Positions 9,570 to 19,321 are shown, counted from the stretch's first letter. The stretch: 64,000 nucleotides of DNA from Clostridia bacterium (GCA_017994115.1 JAGOLK010000004.1:213-64212), one strand, 5' to 3'. Numbers and translations: made by a program. The notes: generated by a model from the letters alone, not told the origin.

Positions 9570-10262
9570 TTATCCCTCTGTTATATTCCATTTATACCCC
9601 ATTCCCCTTAGTGTCACCAGGAATGAAGGATGTTTCGGATTTTCTTCAATTTTCTCCCGCAGCCTGCTTATATAAACATTCAGGGTATTGTCATCAATAA
9701 AGCTCTCATGAGAATCCCACAATTCCTGCATTATCTGATCTCTGGACATAACCCTCCTGGGATTTTTCATGAACAGGCACAGCAATTTATATTCGGCTGA
9801 TGTAAGCTCCATATCCTTTCCGTTTTTTAATGCCCTGCCTTCCAAAAGCTTAACCACAATCCCGTTTGAGCTTAGTTCAGTCTTGCTGCTCTCTGTACTG
9901 CTGCGCCGCAATATGGCATTTATCCTGGATATTAACTCATTTAGCTTGAAGGGCTTGGATATATAGTCATCTCCGCCCAGATCCAGCCCCATTACAACAT
10001 TTACCTCTTCATCGGAGGCTGTCAGAAAAATAATCGGGACAGCGGATTGCTGCCTTATACTTTTGCATATGTCAAAGCCGCTTCCGTCCGGAAGCATCAA
10101 ATCCAGTATAATCAATTGATATTCATTTAGACTGAAAATTTCCCCGGCCTCTTTCACAGTCCTTGCAACAGTTACATCAAAATCATGCTTGGAAAGTGAG
10201 AACTTCAGGCCTTCAATCAAGCTTAAATCATCTTCGACCAATAGTATTCTTCTCATGCTCAT
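9570..10262 (-). CDS. OmpR/PhoB-family response regulator
   Basis: A receiver domain (ILLVEDD, ILDLMLPDGSG) with a C-terminal winged-helix domain (VYISRLREKI, TLRGMGY). Confidence 0.92.
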   Translation of the reverse strand: MSMRRILLVEDDLSLIEGLKFSLSKHDFDVTVARTVKEAGEIFSLNEYQLIILDLMLPDGSGFDICKSIRQQSAVPIIFLTASDEEVNVVMGLDLGGDDYISKPFKLNELISRINAILRRSSTESSKTELSSNGIVVKLLEGRALKNGKDMELTSAEYKLLCLFMKNPRRVMSRDQIMQELWDSHESFIDDNTLNVYISRLREKIEENPKHPSFLVTLRGMGYKWNITEG

Positions 10263-10454
10263 TCCCCCATCTCCAATACCTTTTAAAAATCAATATGATT
10301 GTTAAATCTTTTTCACAGCATCTATATTAGTATAACATTTCCATATACTTCTGGTAAACAAACTGCCGGCAAATAGAGAAAAGCAGTAATGAAAAAGAAA
10401 AGGAGTATCGCTGACTACTTATCAAGTAGCTGCAACACTCCCTTTTGCTCCATA

Positions 10455-10625
10455 TTATCTTCTGAAGTCTCTGCTGTTGTTTCTCTGTGCTTTTTTTGCT
10501 TTTCTGCAGTCAGGGCATCTCTGAGGTTCGTTTTCGAAACCTTTTTCCTTATAAAAAGCCTGCTCGCCTTCTGTGAATACAAATACTGTTCCACAGTCCT
10601 TGCAAGTCAAATTCTTATCAGCCAT
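10455..10625 (-). CDS. Small zinc-ribbon protein (56 aa, CxxC...CxxC, zf-trcl-like)
   Basis: My own translation is MADKNLTCKDCGTVFVFTEGEQAFYKEKGFENEPQRCPDCRKAKKAQRNNSRDFRR. A consensus RBS (AGGAGGT) lies 7 nt upstream of the ATG. The gene is absent from the ORF track because it is under 60 aa. Confidence 0.7.
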   Translation of the reverse strand: MADKNLTCKDCGTVFVFTEGEQAFYKEKGFENEPQRCPDCRKAKKAQRNNSRDFRR

Positions 10626-10733
10626 TTTTTTACCTCCTATTATTTATTAGGATTTAACAACTTTCAAACATTATACATTCTCCTGATAAACAAAAGGAAA
10701 TGGTTTTAATATCGTTAAATCACCGGTTATATA

Positions 10734-10762
10734 AGTATATCACCGGTACCATTTAATGTCAA
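10734..10762 (-). promoter_or_regulatory. Sigma-A type promoter upstream of the zinc-ribbon gene
   Basis: On the minus strand: TTGACA, a 17 nt spacer, then TATACT preceded by TGA (extended -10). Confidence 0.5.
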
Positions 10763-10963
10763 CAGTTATTTATTGCGCAAAAACGCCAATGTGAACTGGG
10801 CATAGAATATCTCCTTATAAAGTCAATAATTTACAATTATTATTTGATAAACAGATTAATTTATGCTGATGATTCTAATGCTTCTTTTTTTGGGATAACT
10901 TGATTTTCATGACCCTCCTGCATATATTTTAATGATTGAATTATGCTTAAATGAGGTCGTGAA

Positions 10964-12052
10964 ATGTATAAAGGCTTAAAAATATTTACACTGTTTTTTC
11001 TTATTATATTTTTGTGTTCATATATCACATACAGTATTGAACCGGCAGAAACAACATCAAATCCTGCTTCCCCTTCACCTGCTCCTGCGTCTGCACCTGA
11101 TCCTGCAGCTGAATCCCTTCCCGTGCCGGAGTCCCCTGCGGAGGCAGTACCTTCACCTGCCCCCGAGCAGCAGGAGGCTGAACAGCCTGATGAAGCTCAA
11201 CAGCAAGCTGCTTCGGACTTCAATAAAGAAGTTGAAGAAATTATAATAAAACGGATTAATTCATATTATAAAAACGGGGGCAGGGGAACCATAGGAATAT
11301 ATATCAAGGAACTGAACACCGGTTTTGAATATGCTTTCAACGGGGAAAAAACAAATCCGGACAATCCTAAAGAAGGGTACTTCAATTCCGCCTCCACCTG
11401 CAAGCTTTTATCAGCGGCAGTAATGTACTACATGAACAGCTGCGGGGAATTGGAGCTTGACAAGGTCTATACCGATGAAACCACTAAAAGCAAATACAAT
11501 CTAAAATATCTATTATCCAGAATGATAAGCCATTCCGTAAATGATTATTTCAATATTACCCTTCGCCATTTGGGTTCTGAAAAGATAAATGAGATCCTTA
11601 CGAAGCTGGGCACAAGATACAGCATTGTATACAGCGAAATAATGCCTGCCCAAGGCACCTCTGCCAAAAATAACATCAAGAGATACGGGATTTCGAAGTC
11701 TCCCAGAACCACCCCAAAGGATCTTGGGCATGTGCTTGAACTGTTGTACCGGGGCGAGACCTTCGGAGCGGACAATGACAAGCTATTCCTGGAAGCTCTT
11801 CTGAACAATATATATTCAAACAGGCTGCCTGCAGGTGTAGGCTACAAATCTCCTGTCGCACACAAGACAGGCACCAGCCCGGATGAAGGAGTCTATAACG
11901 ACGCCGGGATAATATTCCTCAGTGATAACCCCTATATAATGGTGGTAATGAGCAAGGACAGCGGCTCAAGCATACAATCCCTATACAGAACCATAACCGG
12001 AGAGATATATGAATTCATGAAAAAGAGGGCTGAAACCCAGTCCTCTTCTTAA
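10964..12052 (+). CDS. Membrane-anchored serine hydrolase, class A beta-lactamase-related
   Basis: An N-terminal transmembrane helix is followed by a Pro/Ala/Glu-rich linker, an SxxK motif (SASTCK) and a KTG motif (HKTGTS). Confidence 0.7.
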   Translation: MYKGLKIFTLFFLIIFLCSYITYSIEPAETTSNPASPSPAPASAPDPAAESLPVPESPAEAVPSPAPEQQEAEQPDEAQQQAASDFNKEVEEIIIKRINSYYKNGGRGTIGIYIKELNTGFEYAFNGEKTNPDNPKEGYFNSASTCKLLSAAVMYYMNSCGELELDKVYTDETTKSKYNLKYLLSRMISHSVNDYFNITLRHLGSEKINEILTKLGTRYSIVYSEIMPAQGTSAKNNIKRYGISKSPRTTPKDLGHVLELLYRGETFGADNDKLFLEALLNNIYSNRLPAGVGYKSPVAHKTGTSPDEGVYNDAGIIFLSDNPYIMVVMSKDSGSSIQSLYRTITGEIYEFMKKRAETQSSS

Positions 12053-13959
12053 AACAATACTCTGTTATCTCCGATACGCTTGGTAATCTTATTCTGATCA
12101 AAATAATCCAGGAGTGCCATAGCATATTTTCTGCTGGTGCCCAGCAGATCCCTGAATTGGCCAAGCTGTATCGAACCGTTGTCTTTTATATACTTCCTTA
12201 AAAGCCCTGCCGCTTCATTATAAGCATCCTTTGAAAACGCAATATCCTCATCCAGCTTCACAAGCTCCCCCATCTCAATCAGAGCAATGTATACCTCCTG
12301 GCACTGGTTTATGTTCAAACGGTTTGCTGCCGCCAGTTCTGAAAGCCTGGGAGGATTGAACCGGTTCTTTTTATATTCCTGCAGGATAGTACCTCTAATA
12401 TGCTCCTGCTGTTTGTTGAATTGCACCTTAAAACCGCTTAGTGCGGCATATTGATTCTCAAGCCTGATAATTCCGCCGTCTTCAAAATATCCGAAAACCA
12501 TATCAGCCAGTCTTGGCTTCATACCTTCAAAAACCTTGGTTCGAAGCTCTTCCTTTGATATTCCGCTTTTCAGCGGATTTCTCCTGTGATATGACTCCAG
12601 CAGCTCTGTAAGCTTGGTCTCCACATCCCTCAGATACTTTGCATGAAGTATATAAGTCTCGTCTCCAAGCCTGAATTCGGTAATAAGCTTTTTCTCCAGA
12701 AGCTCTGCAGCTATTTTGTCATAAAGCTCGGCAGTCATGTTTCCTGCTGCCTTTAATACCGTTTTCTTTTCGGGAAATTTATCGCTGTTCTGTATCAGGT
12801 ACCTCTCGACTACCTCGGTTGGATTGCCCTGCTCTTTAATCTTCAGCTCATCTATTACTTCCTCTTTAAAGCGCTTTCTCTTGGGAGGATTAGGGTCCAG
12901 CACTGTCCCTCCTCCTATGGTAAGCATTGGAGAATATGTCCTGATAACAAAACGGTCTCCCTTCATGCAGGTAGTCTCCTCCTCCAGCCTGAGCTGCACG
13001 AATGCACTCTCCCCAGGCTTCAATTCTTCCCTGTCCAGAAGCACTACTCTGCACATTATCTCAGAGGTTCCGTGATAAAATCTTAACCTATCCCTATTGT
13101 CAATAGTTTTATCCGCATTCTTCAATATTTCCAGCCTTGCATCCAGCATCATTGTAGGTTCCATACACCCGGGCTGTGCTAAAATATCTCCCCTTCGGAT
13201 TTCATCAAGCTTTATATTTGCGATATTTATAGCCACTCGCTGTCCTGCGTATGCAGTCTTTACATTTTTTTCATGTACCTGTATGGAACGTACTCTTGTC
13301 TCAGTTTTGCGGGGATATATCTCAATCCTGTCCCCCTCATTTATGCTGCCCGAAATAAGCGTACCTGTCACTACAGTACCAAAGCCTGTTATGGTGAAGG
13401 CTCTGTCTACGGGAAGCCTGAATACCTTATAAGCATCCTTCTCTTCCACAATTTCTGTCACCGAATCTATCTCCGCAATAAGCTCCTTCAGCCCTTCACC
13501 GCTAATTGACGATACAGGTATTATACTTGCATCTTCAAGGAAAGTGCCTGCAGTCTCTTCCCTGACCTGTTCAATTATCATTTCCAGCCATTCCGGGTCT
13601 ACCATGTCCTTTTTTGTAAGCGCTATGATGCCCTTCTTCACCTGCAGCAGTGAAAGTATGTTGAGATGCTCCCTGGTCTGAGGCATTACACCCTCATCTG
13701 CAGCTATCACAAGTATGACTGCATCAATTCCTCCGGCACCTGCAAGCATGTTTTTGATAAACCTCTCATGGCCGGGAACGTCAATAATTCCGGCTCTTCT
13801 CCCGCTTGGAAGGTCAAAGTATGTAAAGCCCAGCTCAATGGATATTCCTCTTTCCTTTTCTTCTTTCAGCCTGTCAGTATCCCTTCCCGTCAAAGCTTTT
13901 ATGAGAGTTGTCTTCCCATGGTCAATATGCCCTGCTGTTCCTATTATCACATTCTTCAA
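12049..13959 (-). CDS. selB: Selenocysteine-specific translation elongation factor
   Basis: The GTPase N-terminus is [13 protein letters not shown] with DVPGHERF and a long C-terminal winged-helix extension. It overlaps selA by 4 nt. Confidence 0.9.
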   Translation of the reverse strand: MKNVIIGTAGHIDHGKTTLIKALTGRDTDRLKEEKERGISIELGFTYFDLPSGRRAGIIDVPGHERFIKNMLAGAGGIDAVILVIAADEGVMPQTREHLNILSLLQVKKGIIALTKKDMVDPEWLEMIIEQVREETAGTFLEDASIIPVSSISGEGLKELIAEIDSVTEIVEEKDAYKVFRLPVDRAFTITGFGTVVTGTLISGSINEGDRIEIYPRKTETRVRSIQVHEKNVKTAYAGQRVAINIANIKLDEIRRGDILAQPGCMEPTMMLDARLEILKNADKTIDNRDRLRFYHGTSEIMCRVVLLDREELKPGESAFVQLRLEEETTCMKGDRFVIRTYSPMLTIGGGTVLDPNPPKRKRFKEEVIDELKIKEQGNPTEVVERYLIQNSDKFPEKKTVLKAAGNMTAELYDKIAAELLEKKLITEFRLGDETYILHAKYLRDVETKLTELLESYHRRNPLKSGISKEELRTKVFEGMKPRLADMVFGYFEDGGIIRLENQYAALSGFKVQFNKQQEHIRGTILQEYKKNRFNPPRLSELAAANRLNINQCQEVYIALIEMGELVKLDEDIAFSKDAYNEAAGLLRKYIKDNGSIQLGQFRDLLGTSRKYAMALLDYFDQNKITKRIGDNRVLF

Positions 13960-15404
13960 GCCTGACCCTCGCCTTCCCTCAATTTACTTCCGGATTGCTG
14001 GGTAAACGCCCATAACATTGCATTTTCCACAACCTTATATTCATCATCCATTATTGTCCTGATGTCAAGCAGCAGCCTATCCCTGGCTATCCTTGCTATC
14101 ACCGGAGTCTTGTATGCCCTCAGCTTTTCTTCCAGTCCCGTCAGGGATACTGCCTTTGGCTTTATTGCAACAACCTTTGTAGGCATTTTATGCAAAGGCA
14201 TTGAGCCTCCGCCCACTTCGGAAAACTCATCCTCAATTCCTATTGCTGCCATATCACCTATGGATTTTTTCAGCCTTACACCAAGGCGCCTGGCTTTTTT
14301 GCCCAACTCTTCGCCATCATAGGTAAGCATTCGAAGTACAGGAATTTCTGCTAAAGCAAGCTCTTTATCCGTATAAAGCTTCAGAGTCCCTTCAAGAGCA
14401 GCTAAAGTAAGCTTGTCAATCCTCATTGCTCTTGTAAGAGGATTCTTCTTCATCTTGTCTATATATTCCCTCTTGCCTACAATTATACCGGCTTGAGGGC
14501 CTCCAAGCATTTTATCTCCGCTGAAGGTCACCACATCCATGCCTGCTTTGACAGCCTGCTGCACTGTCGGCTCGTAGGGCAGTCCGTACTCTGTCAGCTC
14601 CATAAGAAGCCCGCTTCCCAGGTCTTCTATTACAGGAAGCCCCAGTTTCCTGCCTAAAACCACCAATTCCTCCGACTCCACCTGGCTCGTAAAGCCCAGT
14701 ATCCTGTAATTGCTCGTATGTACCTTCATAAGAGCTGCAGTATTCTCATTAACTGCGCTTTCATAGTCTTCAAGATGTGTCTTATTGGTAGTACCCACCT
14801 CAACCAGGGCGGCTCCGCTTTGCTTCATTACGTCAGGCACCCTGAAGGAGCCTCCTATTTCAACAAGCTGCCCTCTGGACACCACTACCTCCCGGCCTTT
14901 GGCCATAGTGCTCAGAACAAGCATTACCGCCGCAGCATTGTTGTTTACCGCCATTGCTGCCTCCGCCCCTGTCAGCTTGCATATCAGCTCTTCCACATGA
15001 GAGTATCTCGAGCCCCTCTCTCCCGCTTCCAAGTCCATCTCCAGGTTGGAATACCTTGAAGCGATATTCCACAGGGTATCCTTCAGCCTGCTGCTGAGGG
15101 GTGATCTTCCCAAATTTGTATGAAGCACAACCCCTGTTGCATTGACAACATTGACAAGATTATTCCTCATCATATTATGGATTTTTTCTATTATACCCTT
15201 CATAATATCGGAGCCGTTTACTGCATCCAATTCTTCGTCTTTTTTAGCGGACATGACATACTTTCTGTATTCCCCCAGGTATTCCCTTATACCTTCCACC
15301 ACGGCAGTTCTTGAATACAGTACGGCCAGCCTTTCAAGCTCCTTATCTTTCATCAGTTCGTCAACGGAGGGTATGCTGCTCAATATGCTCTTTTTATCAA
15401 TCAT
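13956..15404 (-). CDS. selA: L-seryl-tRNA(Sec) selenium transferase
   Basis: A 482 aa PLP enzyme with SelA-type motifs ([27 protein letters not shown]). It lies between selD and selB. Confidence 0.9.
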   Translation of the reverse strand: MIDKKSILSSIPSVDELMKDKELERLAVLYSRTAVVEGIREYLGEYRKYVMSAKKDEELDAVNGSDIMKGIIEKIHNMMRNNLVNVVNATGVVLHTNLGRSPLSSRLKDTLWNIASRYSNLEMDLEAGERGSRYSHVEELICKLTGAEAAMAVNNNAAAVMLVLSTMAKGREVVVSRGQLVEIGGSFRVPDVMKQSGAALVEVGTTNKTHLEDYESAVNENTAALMKVHTSNYRILGFTSQVESEELVVLGRKLGLPVIEDLGSGLLMELTEYGLPYEPTVQQAVKAGMDVVTFSGDKMLGGPQAGIIVGKREYIDKMKKNPLTRAMRIDKLTLAALEGTLKLYTDKELALAEIPVLRMLTYDGEELGKKARRLGVRLKKSIGDMAAIGIEDEFSEVGGGSMPLHKMPTKVVAIKPKAVSLTGLEEKLRAYKTPVIARIARDRLLLDIRTIMDDEYKVVENAMLWAFTQQSGSKLREGEGQA

Positions 15405-15465
15405 ATTTTTACCTCCAAAATCAGATTCGAAATACCAGCGTTACCCCAATCCTCGCAGCTCGTAT

Positions 15466-16512
15466 CTATATTACCTCTATTGAATATTTACCCTTTGTTT
15501 TTACTTTTCCTATTATGTTGAAATCTGTTTTATTGTTTTTTCGAAGTTCCTCCATCAGTTTCTCACTGTTTTCTTCAGGCACTGATATAAGAAGTCCGCC
15601 CGAAGTTTGAGGATCGTACATAATATCCTTGATTTCCTGCTTTATGCTTTTATCAAATCGGACATGTTCTCCTATATATCCTTCATTATTGTATGCACCT
15701 GCAGGAATTATTCCCATTTTTGCAAGTTCAATGCTTTCCTTAATAATGGGAATATAATCCGACCATATTTCCAGGGAAACATTGCTTGCTTCAGCCATTT
15801 CGTAACCATGCCCCAAAAGGCCGAAGCCTGTTATATCAGTGCAGCCGTTTATGCCAACCTTCATCATTGCCTCACAGGCATCCTTATTAAGGTACGACAT
15901 AACATCCACTGCCTTTTTATATACTCCTTCATCAGTAAGATCCGCTTTTATTGCAGTATTCAATATGCCAATGCCCAGGGGCTTTGTAAGTATAAGCATA
16001 TCCCCGGGCTTTGCCCCGGAATTGGCGGTTACCTTACCGGGATGCACCATTCCCATAACGGAAAGGCCGAATTTCGGTTCATCATCTTCTACGGAATGCC
16101 CTCCGACAACTATTGCGCCGGCTTCTTTAACCTTGTCCGCTCCGCCCTTAAGGATTTCTTTCAGAATATCAATAGGCAAACAAGTGGGAAAGCATACTAT
16201 ATTCATTGCAGTAACAGGCCTTCCGCCCATAGCATATATGTCACTTAAAGAGTTTGCCGCTGCAATCTGTCCAAAGGTATATGGGTCATCTACAATAGGA
16301 GTAAAAAAATCCATAGTCAAAATCACAGCTTTATCTTCATCTATCTTATATACGGCAGCATCATCGGAGGTATCAATACCTACTATCAAGTTTTCATCGT
16401 AAAACTTTGGCAGCTGGCACAGAACCTGTGCCAGGGTCTCCGGACCTATCTTGGCAGCTCAGCCTGAGCTTTTGGTCATTTGTGTAAGCCTTGTTTTGTT
16501 TTTGCTATCCAT
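15466..16512 (-). CDS. selD: Selenide, water dikinase (selenophosphate synthetase) containing selenocysteine at codon 18
   Basis: The ORF track starts at 16389. Reading upstream in frame gives [44 protein letters not shown]. The TGA lies at 16459-16461, the position of the catalytic Cys/Sec of SelD. RBS GGAGG lies upstream of the ATG at 16512. Confidence 0.85.
16414..16434 (-). promoter_or_regulatory. Candidate SECIS hairpin for the selD UGA codon
   Basis: On the mRNA, CUGGCACAG GUU CUGUGCCAG forms a perfect 9-bp stem with a GUU loop. It starts 24 nt after the UGA. Confidence 0.45.
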
Positions 16513-16559
16513 AATGCCGCCTCCTTTCAACTTTCCAGCTATATTTCAATTTCCACACT

Positions 16560-16568
16560 ATTATAACA
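16560..16568 (-). promoter_or_regulatory. Possible extended -10 promoter element for selD
   Basis: On the minus strand, TGTTATAAT lies about 45 nt upstream of the selD ATG. No good -35 element is present. Confidence 0.3.
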
Positions 16569-16601
16569 TATATTCCAAGAATTTTTGACTAAATGTTTTA
16601 T

Positions 16602-16866
16602 CTGTAGGATGCATAATCCCCCGCAAGAGCTTGTATAGTATATCGAGGCACACGGATTATGATTTTGACAAGCCTAAACTGATATGCCTTTGGAAAAGTT
16701 CTGCCGGTGTCAAAAGGCCCTCCATGGCCCGAGACACCTAAGCCGGCCTCCTACCGGCTTCACGAACTTTTTACCAAAGCCATATCAGAGGCCTGTTGCC
16801 AAAATGCATAAAAGTGTGTCCTGCTATACTATACAAGCTCTTGCTTGGTTATGCATCATCCTACAG
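16602..16866. repeat. Long imperfect palindrome (265 nt), element 1 of a head-to-head pair; either a structured RNA or a MITE-like element
   Basis: CTGTAGGATG pairs with CATCCTACAG. A perfect 20-bp stem joins 16623-16642 to 16825-16844, and there are further 15-bp and 8-bp stems. The apex carries two hairpins with loops CTCCAT and CCTCCTA. The element has no ORF. Confidence 0.6.
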
Positions 16867-16874
16867 AGCACTAG

Positions 16875-17068
16875 CCTTGTATAACAGTGAGCACTTATTG
16901 GCTTTGGGCAACAGAATCGAGAGAAGATACGCAGTAAAATCCGTGGGATTTACGTGAGGTAAATCCAGCACATACCAACAGGAGGTTGGGTTTATGTGCG
17001 TCAGGATTTTACAAGTATCAAGCTCTGATTCTGTCCAAAGCTAATATCGTGCGAGTCGGTATACAAGG
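16875..17068. repeat. Long imperfect palindrome (194 nt), element 2, related to the reverse complement of element 1
   Basis: CCTTGTATA pairs with TATACAAGG, with nested stems inside. The apex carries two hairpins (16946-16966 with loop GTGAG, and 16968-16999 with loop AGGAG). It shares the blocks CTTGTATA, GGCTTTGG and GGCAACAG with element 1. Confidence 0.6.
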
Positions 17069-17118
17069 TTATTGCTCTGGGAGTATGACTGCAAACTTAT
17101 AGTTATGTCGCATCTTTC

Positions 17119-17733
17119 CTATTCTACCGTTATTTTATCCTTCATGCCGTTGAACTTGGCTTCGCCTATACCTCTTACCTTCTTAATATCCTCAATTGTA
17201 TTGAAGGGCCCTTTCTGTTCCCTGTATTCTATGATTGCTTTTGCTGTAGCCGGACCGACTCCCTCAAGAGTATCCAGCTCTTTTTCACCTGCTGTATTAA
17301 TATTTATCTTCCCCGGCTTGTTAACTGCCGCACTCTTGACCGTATTGACCCCCGGAATTGTCTTTCCTGTGTCTTGAGGGCTTTCACCCTTCTTTGGGAT
17401 GTATATCGCATCTTCATCAGCAAGTCTGTATGCAAGATTAACAGCCTCCAAATCAGCTTCCTCAACAGCTCCCCCCACCAGCCTAATAGCCTCATCAAGC
17501 CGGGTTCCCTCAATGACCGTTACTACTCCGGGATTCTTGACAAAACCGAAGATATATACGGATATTTCTGCGGGCTTTGTCTCAGCCTTTGTTTCCGCCT
17601 GATCCGGAACAGCCTCAGCAAGGCTTATCTCCGTGGCCTTTTGCTGTCTTATATAAATAGTACCGCTTATAATGACCAGAACAAGTATTGCAAATGCAAG
17701 TATTGATTTTTGTGTCCTTGTAATATAAAGCAT
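17119..17733 (-). CDS. comEA: ComEA family DNA-binding competence protein
   Basis: An N-terminal transmembrane anchor, an SLBB-like region and a C-terminal helix-hairpin-helix (ININTAGEKELDTLEGVGPATAKAIIEYR). Confidence 0.8.
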   Translation of the reverse strand: MLYITRTQKSILAFAILVLVIISGTIYIRQQKATEISLAEAVPDQAETKAETKPAEISVYIFGFVKNPGVVTVIEGTRLDEAIRLVGGAVEEADLEAVNLAYRLADEDAIYIPKKGESPQDTGKTIPGVNTVKSAAVNKPGKININTAGEKELDTLEGVGPATAKAIIEYREQKGPFNTIEDIKKVRGIGEAKFNGMKDKITVE

Positions 17734-18067
17734 CTTGAACCTTTACCCTCCTTCATCTCACTGATAATATACATATTTCTGCATTTTCTATATATTTCCT
17801 TCTTTTCCATGTAACATTATTTATTTCATATATTTCCACCGGAATTATTCAAAAAACCTTTACCAAAGGGGTGCCATCGGCAAGCTTTTTTGATATACTA
17901 GTGATTGTTAACACAACAACATTTGGGTTTTTCACTGTATTAACAATCACAACATCTATTCAGTGCCTCGCATGCTCAAGAAGTGATATGCTTACGAGGC
18001 ACATAATGATTGTTGGCACAAGACTCATTCAATTTATGGGATAAACATAATTCACAAGGAGAAATGG

Positions 18068-19288
18068 ATGAAAAGATTAATTGCATATATTATGGTATTA
18101 ATTATGATGATGCCTTTTGTAAGGGTTTATGGAGATGTGCCCGAGGTTACCGCTCCATCAGCCATTATGATAGATGCCGAGACAGGGAAGGTCCTTTACG
18201 AAAAAAACGCGGATGAGAAGCGTTATCCGGCAAGTACCACAAAAGTGATGACAGGGCTTCTGGCAGTTGAGTACGGGAAGCTGGACGAAATAGTCACTAT
18301 AGGCACGAATCCTCCCCTTGTTGAAATTGGAAGCAGTCAGATTTACCTTGTACCGGGGGAGCAGCTGACCATGGAGCAGCTGCTTTATGCCTTGATGCTG
18401 GAATCTGCCAATGATGCCGCCATAGCCATAGCAGAGCACATTTCAGGCTCTGTGGAGGAATTTGCAAAACTTATGAACAGCAGAGCCAGGGAACTGGGTG
18501 CCGCAAGCACAAACTTTGTCAATCCCAACGGCTTGCACAATGATAATCATTATACGACTGCAAGGGATCTTGCTATGATTGCAAAGTACGCAATGACTTT
18601 GGATAAGTTCCGGGATGTGGTCAAAGAAGTTAACTATACCATTCCGAAGACAAATAAACAGGAGGAAAGGAACTATATAACAAACTCCAACAAACTTATA
18701 TGGAAAATATACGATAAATTCAGATATGAGTATGCCACAGGCATCAAGACAGGCTATACCACCAAAGCAAAACAGTGTCTGGTAGGCGGGGCAAAAAAAG
18801 GAGACCTGGAGCTGATATCCGTAGTAATGGGTGCCGAAGGGCAAAACATGTACAGCGACACTATAGCCCTTTTTGAATATGGTTTTTCCAACTTTCAGAA
18901 GGTGCAAATACTGAAAAAGGATCAGATAGTTACTACTGTGCCAATAAAAGAAGGTCAGGAAAAAATAAATCTCCTTGCCGCTGAGGATTTCTCAATGGTG
19001 CTTTCCGAATCTGAAAAAGAGAATATTACGACAGAAATTGCGACCAGGGCTGGGTTGAGGGAACCTATCGAAAAAGGTGAGGTATTGGGAGAAATGATTG
19101 TTTTTGCAGACGGAAAGGAAGTAAAAAAGATAGAACTCTTTTCCTCTGTTGCAGTCGAAGCTATTAAGAAGCCAAGCTTGTGGTGGCTTTGGCTCGTTGC
19201 AGGTTTTCTGCTGTATCGGACAATAGTCACCATATACAAGGTAAGACGCAGAAAAAAATACAGAAATGTCACATATATAAAAAGATAA
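18068..19288 (+). CDS. D-alanyl-D-alanine carboxypeptidase (peptidase S11, PBP5-like)
   Basis: A signal/anchor sequence, the SxxK motif PASTTK, the SxN motif SANDAA, a KTG motif, and a C-terminal transmembrane helix. RBS is AAGGAG. Confidence 0.85.
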   Translation: MKRLIAYIMVLIMMMPFVRVYGDVPEVTAPSAIMIDAETGKVLYEKNADEKRYPASTTKVMTGLLAVEYGKLDEIVTIGTNPPLVEIGSSQIYLVPGEQLTMEQLLYALMLESANDAAIAIAEHISGSVEEFAKLMNSRARELGAASTNFVNPNGLHNDNHYTTARDLAMIAKYAMTLDKFRDVVKEVNYTIPKTNKQEERNYITNSNKLIWKIYDKFRYEYATGIKTGYTTKAKQCLVGGAKKGDLELISVVMGAEGQNMYSDTIALFEYGFSNFQKVQILKKDQIVTTVPIKEGQEKINLLAAEDFSMVLSESEKENITTEIATRAGLREPIEKGEVLGEMIVFADGKEVKKIELFSSVAVEAIKKPSLWWLWLVAGFLLYRTIVTIYKVRRRKKYRNVTYIKR

Positions 19289-19290
19289 AG

Positions 19291-19321
19291 AAAAAAATGC
19301 GTCTCGCGACGCATTTTTTTC
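19291..19321. terminator. Bidirectional terminator between the dac gene and ridA
   Basis: AAAAAAATGCGTC TCGC GACGCATTTTTTT. Confidence 0.75.

Noticed and set aside
10389-10709. 106 aa plus-strand ORF in the ORF track
   Set aside because: It is antisense to a much better supported zinc-ribbon gene that has a consensus RBS. Its translation is low-complexity (Ser/Phe/Cys/Leu-rich) and it has no RBS.
15607-16402. 213 aa and 187 aa plus-strand ORFs
   Set aside because: Both lie entirely antisense within selD, which has clear family motifs. The translations are low-complexity and have no RBS.
16602-17068. Possibility that the palindromic elements are SRP RNA, RNase P RNA, tmRNA, 6S RNA or tRNA-Sec
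   Set aside because: The region lacks the SRP helix 8 motif (GGAAG-CAGC), the RNase P P4 motif (GAGGAAAGTCC) and a tRNA-like T-arm/acceptor end. It also lacks a UCA anticodon loop in a tRNA-Sec fold. The three-way apical junction does not match the 6S central-bubble architecture. These judgements were made by eye and should be rechecked with covariance models.
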